A stretch of DNA of 64,000 nucleotides. It comes from Schmidtea nova. Taxonomy: Eukaryota. Under the pieces are notes generated by a model. It did no database searches. It was given only the letters and a program-made list of their open reading frames with translations, and was not told where the DNA came from. The position numbers and the translations under genes are program-made. The DNA is taken from assembly GCA_044892505.1 (NCBI GenBank), contig CM097882.1, positions 503,998,001 through 504,062,000 of the forward strand. The letters run 5' to 3'. The stretch's first letter is position 1. Every line of letters begins with the position of its first letter. Shown here in pieces: positions 38,433 to 49,989 of this stretch.

Positions 38433-41400
38433 AGTTATGTCTCCTTCTAAATTCATTAAAAATTCAAACAGCAAGATTAATTATTTATTTAAAAACACAC
38501 CTTTCTTTATATTATTAAAACAATCAACAATTTATATAACTTCCCCTATCTTTAAGGATCTGCCCATCTCTTCAGCCATTCGATATGTCGAAGTTACTTT
38601 GAATCTCCATCGATCAGCTCCACTTGATGTTTTGACAAAAATCTTGATATTACGAACGGCCCGTCGTACTGAAGGCCATCTTTGTCCCGATTTTGTGGTT
38701 CTTTCCGAACCAATACTTTCTCTCCTACCTGAAAAATTCTATGCGTCCTTCTATCCATGTCTGTTTCTTTCATTTGTTTTGCTGCCATTTCGCTGTTTGC
38801 TAGAACCTGCTTTCGTGGTTCGGTTGCGTTCAAATTTGTCTGTGGTAGCATTGAATGTAGATTAATTTTCCTCCAGAAAACAATTTCGAATGGTGGAAAT
38901 CCTGTTGTACTCTGTGTTGTCACATTCTATACGTGGGAGTAAATCTTCCCAATTTCTCTCTCCTAATCCACTGAATATAGAAGTTGTTAATAGGCCTCTG
39001 ACTTTTCGTATAGTTCTTTGAATCAGCCCATTCGATTGGTGTTGGTATGGTGAGCTCAGGTGTTGTTAGATGCCTAACTTTCCTAGATGTTTTTTCACGA
39101 ATATGCTGTCAAAATTCTTACCTTTGCATGATAAAAGACTTCGTGGTTTACCAAATCTATTTATCCACCTCTCTAATATAGCTTTGAACAACAATTTCTC
39201 ATCTTGTCTTTTATTGCAGTTAGACTAACAATCTTGCTAAAACGGTCAATAATAACTAATAAATATCTGTAATTTCCTTAAGGTTTCATGTGGGCTATAT
39301 CTACAGCCAATTGTTCTAAGAAATCTGAACTCATTATCGGTATCAGTCGTTTCTTTGTTTTCTCTTGTACTATATTCCGTTTACAACATATTTCACATCA
39401 TCTTAAACAGCTTTGAATTGTTCCTTGCATATTCGGCCAAAAAAATAAATCACTCATGTAACTTGTTAATTTCTTCATTCCAATATGACACATTTCTGTG
39501 TGGATGTTTTTGACTAATGTATTAGTGTAGTCTAATGGTACTAATATGACATCCTTTCCGTCTTTCTCAAGCAGTAAATATCCGTTTTCGAATTATGTGT
39601 TCTTCAGCAAATTAAAAGGGAATTTCTTCTTGTTCAGAGTTCTTCCATTCTCTTTTCCCAGTAATACCCTTGACATGTGTATGAAATCTACGTCATCCTC
39701 TTGTTTGTTTTAAAGTCTTGTCATTGATTCAGTCTTCTGTAAGATACTAATATATCTCACTCTGGTTTTTTCCTCTTTCGCGTCTTCATGTTGTGCCTGG
39801 CATTGAGCACATAACATTCCCTTGATCCTTGAGATACCGTCTGCATTCCCATGTTCTTCTCCTTTCCTATATTGCAAGTTGAAGTCATATCCGGAAAGGT
39901 CGGCTAGCCATGTCTGAAACTGTGGGCTTATTGCATTCTTGGTGTATCTCATGAAGACTAGTGCTTTGTAATCTGTTCGCACTACAAAAGCCTTTCTATA
40001 TAGATATTGTTTAAAACAGTGATGTCCAACCGAAGTTAGTTACTGGGCCAAAACAAATAATAAAAATATACTGTGGGCCGCATATATTTATTTATTATAA
40101 AACATTACAAAATACATTATTTTTTACGTATACTTTACTTAATGTAAAACTTGTTTTTCAATTTTTTCAGTTAATTTTTTTTGTCCACATGTATTTTCGA
40201 CGCTACACACCGTAATTGGTTTTTTAAATTTTCATCAGTTAATCTATTACGACTTTTACATTTAACAATCTTTAGTTTTGAAAAGAAAGATTCGCAAAGA
40301 TAGGTGGTTCCCATTGCAGTTGTAACGCTTATTGCTCGCTTTCTTAGGTTAGGAAATTTTCTATTACAGACATATTTTTTAAAAAACTGAACTTTATCAT
40401 TTGCTTCAAACATATATTTCAATTCAGTAGATGCTTGGAGATCTATTAACTCCATCTGCAAATTTGTTGGAGCTGTTTCTACAACAACGTCAAATGGACA
40501 TAAGAAGATATTAAATATATTTTCATAATTCTTCAAATATGAAAATCTCTCCTGAAATTCTCGTAGTAAATTAGTAATTTCTTGCGCATATTTAGAAAAC
40601 TTTTTATTGTCACTATTAAATTTATGTAATAATGGAAAGTGGACTGAATTTTTTTATATTAATTGACCTTCATAAAGTTTGAGTTTTGTTATGAATGTTT
40701 TTATATTTTGATAACAGTCTGTTATTAATTTATTTTCACCTTGAAGGTTCTTATTAAGTTCGTTTTATTTCATAATTATATCTGTAAGGAAACACAAATC
40801 CAAAAGCCACTGTTCATCGTATAATTCAGCAACATTCTGGTCATTTTCATTCATAAAAATTCCAATTTCTTCCCATAAGTTCCAAAATCTGTCTAAGCAT
40901 TTACCACAACTTAACCATCGAATTTTCGCATAAAAAAGCAAGTCACTGTACTCAGATTCCAGTTCTTGAAGATAATCTTGGAACTGACGATGTTTCAAGG
41001 AATTATTCTTTATTGTGTTAATTGTTTTAATAACGACTGACATCACATGGTTCATATCAAATACTTGTGCACATAAATTTTCAAGATGTAAAAAACAGTG
41101 ACAAATAAAAATCTCCGAAGATTTTTAACTTTTTCCCATGATATCTCTATGATCAAGAACTAATTTAATGGCTCTAGTATTTTTACCGATCATTGAGGCT
41201 TCACCATCTGTGGTGATCCCAATTAGGTTTTCTAAGCTCAGACCATGATCAAGTGTGTATTTTACAACAGCTTCCTTTATGTTTTTTCCGGTAGTTGTAT
41301 CTTTCAAACTCATAACATCGAGAAATTCTTCAATAATATTCATTTCACATCCACACCTCGAATAAAAATAGCAAGTTGGGCAGTGTCCTTAATATCTGTA

Positions 41401-44400
41401 GTTTCATCCAAAGCCAATGAGAAATAAACAAACTCTTTAGAAACCATGTCCAGCGTAGAACAAATTTCATTTGAAATGTTATCAATTCTTCATACTACAG
41501 TTTGATGTGACAGGCTAATTTGACTTAAAATCTTAACCTTTTCTGGAATAATATCTTCGGCTACAGCAATAAGGCATTCTTTGATGTACTGACAATACGA
41601 AAAGGGTTTCATATTTTCCCCAATAATATATGATATTCGCATACTAGCGTTAACGATGGTATTTGATTAAATTTTTTGTTTATGAAATATGTTTCTTTCT
41701 GCAATTAGACCTACCCTAAGTATTTCTAATTTCTTTTTCGTTTGTCTTTAACCTAATTTTTATATTTTATCATGTTCTTGTTCAAAATGTCGTTTCAAAT
41801 TGTCTGATTTGAATATTGAGGTAGAGTGACGACAAATTAAACATATCGAGTTTTCTTTCACCTGAAAGAAAAAATATAAAATTTCCCATTCACTTTGTAA
41901 TAGGCTGTTTTCATCTTCAACCTTTCTTCTTTTCTGCTTATTAGACATAATGTAAAGAGGGGCCTTAATAAAAAAATTAATTACAAATGCAGCTAAAAAT
42001 ATTTTACTCAATGAAATTTGATTCTGTTTGTATATGTTTCACATAAATTTTTATGCCATTACAAGTGCTCAATAATTATAAATGATATAATAATAATATT
42101 CTTTACTTTCTAAAATTTAAAGTTTAAATTTTAAACACACAATAATTAAAAAAACATCGTTATAACAAAACGCAAATTTAAATTCCTTTGAAAATTTCCG
42201 CTTGTAATCTTAACAATAATTTTAATCTATTGTAACTATGAATAAAAATTCAAAAGATTTTCTCAAAATAAATGATTTTTTGAATAAAAAGTAAAGTACT
42301 ACACAAAAAAATATATTAACACTTAACTAGACATATGATATTCCGCTGCAAGAAAACTTTATACAAGAGAGTAAAAGTCCAAATTGGGCCGCACAAAATT
42401 GGCGATTGGGCCGCAAGTGGCCCGTGGGCCACAGGTTGGACATAGCTGGTTTAAAATATAAGACATATTCGTGTATTGCAAGCAATTCCTTTCTTGTCAC
42501 ACAATACCCTTTTTCGTGTACCGTTAAATGTCTTGATGCATACACAATAACCACTTATGTATGGTCTTCTCTTTCTTGACACAAAACGGCTCCGATGCCT
42601 CCAAAACTAGCATCTGTGTTCAGAATAAATTTATCCTCTACTCTTGGATAATCCAGGATTGGGGTTTCACATAATTTTGTTTTTAGCAATTCAAAACTTT
42701 TATTGCAAACTTCTGACCAAATTATCATTTTCCCGCATGCGGAAGTGGCTGCGTACAACGGTTCAGGAATCTTTGCGTAATCTTTTATGAACTTCCTGTA
42801 GTAGTTAGTCATACTCAGGAACGACCTCAATCGTTAAGCGCATGTCGGTATCTCTGCATCTTTAGTTTCTTTGATCTTCTTGTCATTCATCTTTATCCCC
42901 TTGGAACTAACAGTGTGTCCCAGAAATGTCAGTTCTTCTTTAAAAAATATTGCATTTACCAGGATTAATCTTCAATCCTGCTATTTGTATCCTTTTGAAT
43001 ACTTTCTCTAGCCGCAAATTATGTTCTTTTCTGTCTTTTTCATAAATCAATATATTTTCTAGGTAAACCAAAACTCCTTTAAACAATATTCTTTCCAGCA
43101 TTGAGTGCATCATCCTCTGGAATGTTGCTGGGGCGCTTGCCAGTCCAAAGGGTAACCTGTTGAAGCAAAATTGTCCTTGCCTTGTACTAAAAGCTGAGAC
43201 GTCTTGTATTTCTTCCGCCATCCCGACCTGGTAATAGGCAGGTTCTAGATCAATGGAAGTAAAATACTTCAAATCTACAAGGTAATCCAAAAAGAATGGA
43301 GTATCTGACATTATAAACGACACTTTTTGTAATGGCGTTCAATCCTCTGTAGTCCACACACATTCTAATTGAATTGTCTTTATTTGCAATTATCACCAAC
43401 GTTGCGTTCCATGCACTTTTACATTTCCTAATGACCTTTGCTTTCAGTAAGTTGATGATTAACTCCTCTAAGCTTTGTTTCAGATGCATTGGTTGTCTTC
43501 TGGGCTGTATTCTAACTGGATCTCTTGTTATATCCATTTCATGCTTTACCATTTCAGTCAATCCCAAGTCAAAAGTTGATGCCATAAAAGTTTCTCTGAA
43601 TTTCCGTATATTTCTTTCAAAATCTTCGTCTTTAAAACTCCCCAACATCTCCAGCGCTTTTATTTCTCATTGTGAATTCTGATATGTCTTCCCCACCAGT
43701 GATGCTTCGATATTATTGATCTCTACCAGCTGTATTACAAACTTTTCCATCGTGGCTACCGCCAATATAATTCGGCCGTATGTCTGTAACTACAATCACA
43801 CTTATTTTTCTGCTCTTGCCATTCTAATCTGCTTCTATCGTCATTTCTCCTAGTGGACTTTCAGAACTAGATGAAAACACTCCACATAATGAGAAATTAC
43901 TTACTGTCAGCTTTGGTCTTTCTATTTTTGTCCAAGTGCTCTTGCTCATCACTGACACTGATGCTCCAGAGTCCCACAACATATCGATTTCTGCTCCATT
44001 CAAAACAATCTTACTCCACTTTCTTCTATCATCCGTCTCGTATATCTTCAGTTTCGTGACTTCATTTCGATTCTCTCTCTGCTCTATTGTGCCGATCCCA
44101 CTGACGAAATGAAAGCAATGGGATCGTCTCTGTTTTTTGCTTTGTCCATCGATTTTTGTATCATTTCATCGTAATTACCATAGGTATCCTCGGTGTCTTC
44201 GTTGTTGTTATTTGTAAGATTTTCTTCATATATACATGCTACTTTTTTCTTGTAATTTTTTCTATTATTTAGAAAATAACAGTATCTGAATCGATGGCCT
44301 TCCTATCTTTCATTAAACATTCAAAGTTCCACGATCTTGTTTGTAATAGTTTTCATTACTGTAAACGTTTCGATGAACCATTATTTCGCTATTAGATCTG

Positions 44401-44775
44401 TCATTTTCTCTTCTTTGGCTGCTCCATTAATAGAGCTGCTGCCTCTATCAGTAAAATATCAAAAAAGCACTGACTAAACTTTTTTCTTCTCTCCTCAACC
44501 CTTCTAAAATATCTTTTAGCTATAATTCGGCCTCAAAACCAACTTTTCCATCGAACTTCCTCACATTAAAATTTAATATTTCTCGAGCCTGCTTTGATAA
44601 TGACTCCAACATACTTTTAGGCATCTGCTGTCTGGTGACGGCATTGATTTCTTGGCGTGGTAAGCCAGTTATGTCTCCTTCTATATTCATTAAAAATTCA
44701 AACAGCAAGATTAATTATTTATTTAAAAACACACCTTTCTTTATATTATTAAAATAATCAACCATTTATATAACT
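38433..44775 (-). mobile_element. Gypsy/Ty3 LTR retrotransposon 2, full length, degenerate, with a nested hAT
   Basis: 109-bp LTRs 38433-38541 and 44667-44775 (3 mismatches); TSD cccat on both sides; PPT gatagggga; PBS-like tggcttaccacg; protease LWDSGASVS, RT, RNase H and integrase remnants. Confidence 0.96.
40017..42448 (-). mobile_element. hAT (Buster/SPIN-like) transposon nested in the Gypsy 2 RNase H region
   Basis: TIRs cagtgatgtccaacc / ggttggacatagctg; TSD gtttaaaa (40009-40016, 42449-42456); transposase pieces ICLICR, LALDETTD, ITTDGEASM, KIRWLSCG, TTYLCESFFS; removing it restores HEYVLYFK|QYLYRKAFVVRTDYKAL. Confidence 0.95.
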
Positions 44776-45662
44776 CCCATAAAGCAGACTTAAAATTTTT
44801 AATTAGAAATGATTTAATTTACAATTTGTAAATGCTGCTCAGTTTAAATAAAAGTAATTTTAAATATGTTATTCGTTATAATTTAATAATGCATTTACAA
44901 TAATTTTTGTAAACTGTTTCAATAAATTATCATAAATTTAAAATAATATATATTAGAAAACTTGTTTAGTCGCAGCAAATAAATTTAAATTCAGGTAAGT
45001 TTATTACATTAACATATTTATCTACAATCATTAACATTTTCCCACAGATTTATAGGTCTTTAATACATTTATTTTCTTTGGCATAACTAGTATGGGCAAA
45101 TAAATATTTTTTAGACCTCATATAAATAATGATTTATAAAAGTATGTTTTACTTTTTCTATGAGTTATTGAATATTATTTACAGCATTATTATATCAATA
45201 ATATTAATATCATTATATTGCATTAAGTAAGCATTTCTTAAATTAAAACAATAATTAGAAATTTTGAAAGATTTAGATCCAAAATTTCTTACTTTTGGTT
45301 TTATTATTTATGAAACTGAAAGCAATTGCATAAATTTCTGGTTAAATTAGATTTTTCGCTTGTTTTAAGAAAAGAAATTAAAGCATATTAATTTGTTACT
45401 AATATTTTTATTTATTGTTAGTGGTCGGTTATCAATAAATTTTATTTAATCCTAATAAAATTAATTCAACTCAAATTTTTTTAATAATATCTGACTTGCA
45501 AAGTTTGTGATATGTTCAGTAATAAATCTGTAACGTTTTGTATATCGATTTCATTGCAATAGGCGCTGTCACTCACATGGCCCCACACTTAATTGGAATT
45601 CATCTTATCGAAATGCCGATATACTTTAACTAAATATTTATAATTTTTACTTTCATTTTAAA

Positions 45663-46200
45663 TCTATATAATTAAGTAAATTGTTTGACTGTGACAGTTT
45701 GTATAATATTAATTATTTTTATTGGATTTAATCAATTTTATTCTGTCTACTAAACAAATATCTGTACATGATTTTTGAATCTACTTCTGAAATTTCAACA
45801 TTTTTAAAACCTTCAATTTATTAAATCTATCCACAGTAAAATGCCTTCGAATAGACCCAGCGCCAAACGAATGAGAAGACTTATGAGAAATCAAGCAAAT
45901 GCTCATACTGATATTGAATTGTAACAAAATCGTGATAATAAACGGTCACGCTGTCGTCGACGAAGAAACTGAAAAGCAAACATTCGAAGGCGAGCTGCAG
46001 TACGATAAAGCCAAAGAATGAGAAGAAGAAAAATTAAAATGAAACTATTTACACTGCTTATAATTGTGATGGAAATTAGTATCGGCTCGAATGTCTAATG
46101 ATTTTGGAATACAAAGAAATTTGCAACTATCGGAATAAATAAATAATCTGGATGCTGCAACTAAAGTTGAAATCAAATATGAATTTATTGGAAATCAACG
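45663..46200 (+). mobile_element. Possible Helitron 5' end with an Arg-rich RepHel N-terminal relic
   Basis: a|tctatataattaag 5'-terminus-like sequence; degenerate MPSNRPSAKRMRRLMR...RSRCRRRR from 45841. Confidence 0.4.
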
Positions 46201-46229
46201 ATATAATCAATTGAATGAAGGGCAAAAAT

Positions 46230-46761
46230 TAACAGCCGATGCAATAACGACAAATCTTTTTCGGTCAGTATATAAACCAGTATTTTCTTCAAGTCACAAA
46301 ATTTCCTCCGTGTCATCCATGATGAAAATGCAGCACTCTAAACCCATTAATTATGCTTCATGTCTCAATTTTAACTTTGTATCGAAATTACTCATTAGCA
46401 TAGAAAATTGACAATTGTCAATTTCAGTTTATAATTACATATTTAAATAGTTAAATAGTTACATATTTAAGTTAGTTAAAAGTCACAGAAACGAGACTGA
46501 AGCAGATTTGATTGATTCAATTACGAGGGGTTTCAACGAAATTAGTAGTGAACATATAAGGAATTACATACGGCATATGAGGACTTATTTGCGTAAATGT
46601 TTACTGAGGGAAGTTATATTGAATTAAACTTAATTAAAAGTTGTTTTTAATAAATAAATTTATATTTGGATTTAACTTATTTTTAAAAGGATTTAGTTAA
46701 TGTTTAAAAGGATTTAAGAAGGATTCAGCTTTAAAAGGATTTAAGAAGCTGAAAAACCCTG
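46230..46761 (+). pseudogene. Tc1/IS630-like transposase 3' fragment
   Basis: VIHDENAAL (catalytic DN-like) and DLIDSITRGFNEISSEHIRNYIRHMRTYLRKCLLRE*; candidate end ccctg|ta. Confidence 0.6.
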
Positions 46762-46869
46762 TACCTACTTACAAAGATATGATTTATTATATAATATTTT
46801 TATATTAGACAATGTTTCATAAAACATTGCGCACTATAAACTTTAAAGAATAATTTAAAAAATCAAAAT

Positions 46870-46977
46870 CATATTTTTAAAATCGGAAACCGTAATTTTA
46901 AGGCAGGTTTCCGGTTTCGGTTTTTTGGGTCAAAAACCGCGGTTTTCGGTTTCGGTTAACCGAACCATGTAAACTCT
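46870..46977 (-). repeat. Isolated 5' end of the same hAT family as 27909-30750
   Basis: Reverse complement reads agagtttacatggttcggttaaccgaaaccgaaaaccgcgg, matching the left end at 27910. Confidence 0.85.
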
Positions 46978-46979
46978 CG

Positions 46980-49010
46980 TGGCTACCGCGCCATACAGTT
47001 TCAATATCCAACCAATTTAGTCTCTCTATCCTCGCAGGGTCCTCTTTCGCCTCGTGATATTGTGAGACCCTCTCCGATAAGGTCTCTCTATCTCTGAGGA
47101 GCGCTCTATTTCATTCAGGCGTGTTCGGTTGGTATAATAACACAGTGGGTATATCATCAATAATTCTTAAGATCATCCTTAGGATTTCTTTCTCCTCGAC
47201 ATGACGTAGTATCTATTATTCCTTTTTATCTAATGTTATAAATTCATTGTTCGAACGACAAATATTTTACCTACTTCGAATCGTTAATTTATTCGGTGTA
47301 ATAGAACCGCTAGTCAAGTTCTCGAAATTATGAATGCAATTTGGTGATCACGTTTCTTATCATGATGTGTGATGGCCCTGTCGACGATTATGAAATTTTT
47401 TAATGTATGTAGGTATTTCTACAGAACGATAATGGTTAGTGGGTGGTTATTGAGGTGTCGCTGATTAGTGATTTGTTGAGTTATCGTCTGAATCTTTCAA
47501 TATGAACCTTTTCTCTAGGTCCACGTGTTCTTTACGGCAACCAATAAATTAACTCAACACAGAAATAACCTTTATTGAAAATAAATCTCCACAACAATTT
47601 ACAATTTATTATGTTAATTGACAGGGATCCCGATGGGAAGCCGCCTCAGATATTACTAAATTTTTCCTTTTTACAAATAAAACTTTTTATCTTTTCACGA
47701 GTCTGTTTGATTTTCTTTTTCTTTACTCCCAATTCTAAATTCTTACTCTAGTATCTCTCTAAATTTTACTAATAATTTTCGACAAAATTGTGGCCAAAGT
47801 TGTTGATTCGAGATTCCTTTATATAGGAAATCTTCAGCAATTAATTTAATTGATTAAAAATTTTGATTGGACTCTCGGGAAACCCATGGAGTAATTTGTT
47901 TTATCTTTTGGCCGCTTCAGCCGTTTCCCGGCAGAAACTTTAAACGCAAATTGTATTAGTGAATACTTAGTTCCCTTTATAATTAAATTTGTAAGAATTG
48001 GAGAATTTCTCCCTAATTTAATTTATTTGTTATCCTCATTTTAATTATTTAATTAATTTGTATTTTCTTAATAACTTTTTCTAGGGATTCCAAATTAATT
48101 TTACATTATTATTTTCGTAATCGTCTCGTCAATTGGCATCGGCAGATACCCGTTTCCCCCGGAAAATATTGGTTTATGATTTTAATTAATTTTTAATTAA
48201 TTATTTTTTTCTGATTTTGTGTCAATTTATTATAGTTTTAGTGGAACCTCAACATATTCATAAATTCTGATTCCTGGTTGTCATTTTGTACAGGAATTTC
48301 TTACCTTAATCTTTGTCAATTTGAATTCCAGTGTCGGATTATTTAATATCATTACTGTTCAAACAGATGATTATTCATTTAATTTCCCTCAAGAAACTCG
48401 AAATGTCCGCATATGCCATCCATCACAATTTACAAATTGGGTAGTATTACCCTTGCCTTTTATTTTAGTATGACCTAGTCAAATTTAATACTCCCGCTTG
48501 CTTTCGTGACCGCGATATTCGACCTCTGCTTCGGTCTGGCGAAAATGGGGTTTTCCATCTGCTAGAAATTCTGAGACTGGTAAGCCTTTTGAATCTCGAA
48601 AAATTTGTATTTCATTACTTTCTGGACAACGGATGAAAACCCCGAACCACTTCTGCGGATCTAGACCTTCACCCTTTGGGAAAATGTAGTTGGTCAGCCT
48701 CAAAGCTTCAAGCAACCCTTTATTTATCGACTAATGAGGGAAGAAAAATGTATGAGGGTTTACCCATAATTATTCACAATAAATCACAATTAACGATGGA
48801 ATGAAAATTACTTTATTCGGATGCTGTAGTACTGAATGATAATGCTAAATCAATGCTAATGCTTAAAAATGCAAACGACAAAGGTAATAAAATGCTAATT
48901 ATTCACGTGGAACAAGATAGATGAATTGAATTCCTTGAAATAATTAGGCTAGCTCTTATTTGGTGATTGAGCTAGTCAATCAAAACAGTTGCGCCTCTGC
49001 AATCGATGAG
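46980..49010 (-). other. Probable diverged member (U4) of the unassigned family, or a related element
   Basis: Minus strand: gattg/ccaaataagag promoter-like region, aataaagtaatt (about 48815), gggtaaaccctcat (about 48755), tgaggctgac; small ORF-like pieces at 48485-48715 and about 46980-47230. Confidence 0.45.
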
Positions 49011-49369
49011 TTTTGTTCTATTATTTTTAAACCAATTATATCCGTTTACATTTTTCAGTCATTTAGAACATTTCTAATTATTTTTATATTTTCTTAATTA
49101 ATTTCTTAGTTATTTAATAATTTCTCACTGATTTAATTTATTTTATTTTTTCGGGATTTTCATGTTTCATTCCTTTCTTTAATATTAATTCTTTCACTGT
49201 TAATTCATTGTAACATTATTAATCCTTTTCCCTTTTCTAATGTATTTTATCAATAATTCTTTTACTAGTTTTATTTTATTTCATTCTTTTACATTCTTTT
49301 ACATTATTGGGCTAATTTTATGCTAATGTTTATTATGAATTACAATTCAATCAGACCAACAGTACTAAA

Positions 49370-49960
49370 TGAAGTCGTATGTATATCCAGATTTACCGTA
49401 TATAACAAATAACTTGATCCACCAAAGGCATGGTTTACCTTTTACATGTTGTTAATTCACAAATGTCACTTGAACGGAATCATTTGCTCTGCAACAGAAA
49501 GATTTCCCTCCACTTATATTTCTTTATATCGATTCTATACGCTTGTTATTATCGGACGTAAATTAAAAAATTTATTATTACAGTTTTGAGAATTGGAGTA
49601 ATAATCGACAAGGTGTAAATGAATTCGCAACCAATAAAATCTATATATCGTAAATATTTGTGAAATTGATTGAAGTTCGACGTAATGACTCCAATACAAT
49701 TTGATTTTCTGAAATTTCAAGGCTAACATTAAAGAAATGTACTCCTAATAGCTTCTTTGGCCTTAGTTCCCTTATGATAAATTTATTTGTTTGATGACCA
49801 TATGTGCTTGTATAACCTCCAATAGTTATAGAGTTCCAAAGTATTTTAAATAGTGTTTCTAAGCCTGATCCTTCGAACTATTCCTCCTCAATTGCAGGAT
49901 CAAACTCATTATGTGTTTTCTCCACGTTATTATTATCCACGTTTAACATTATAAATATTT
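49370..49960 (-). pseudogene. piggyBac transposase fragment
   Basis: SVAEQMIPFK (SIDE-like) and GKPCLWWIKLFVIYGKSGYTYDFI. Confidence 0.75.
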
Positions 49961-49989
49961 CAATATGCAATGTCAATGTTAATTATATA

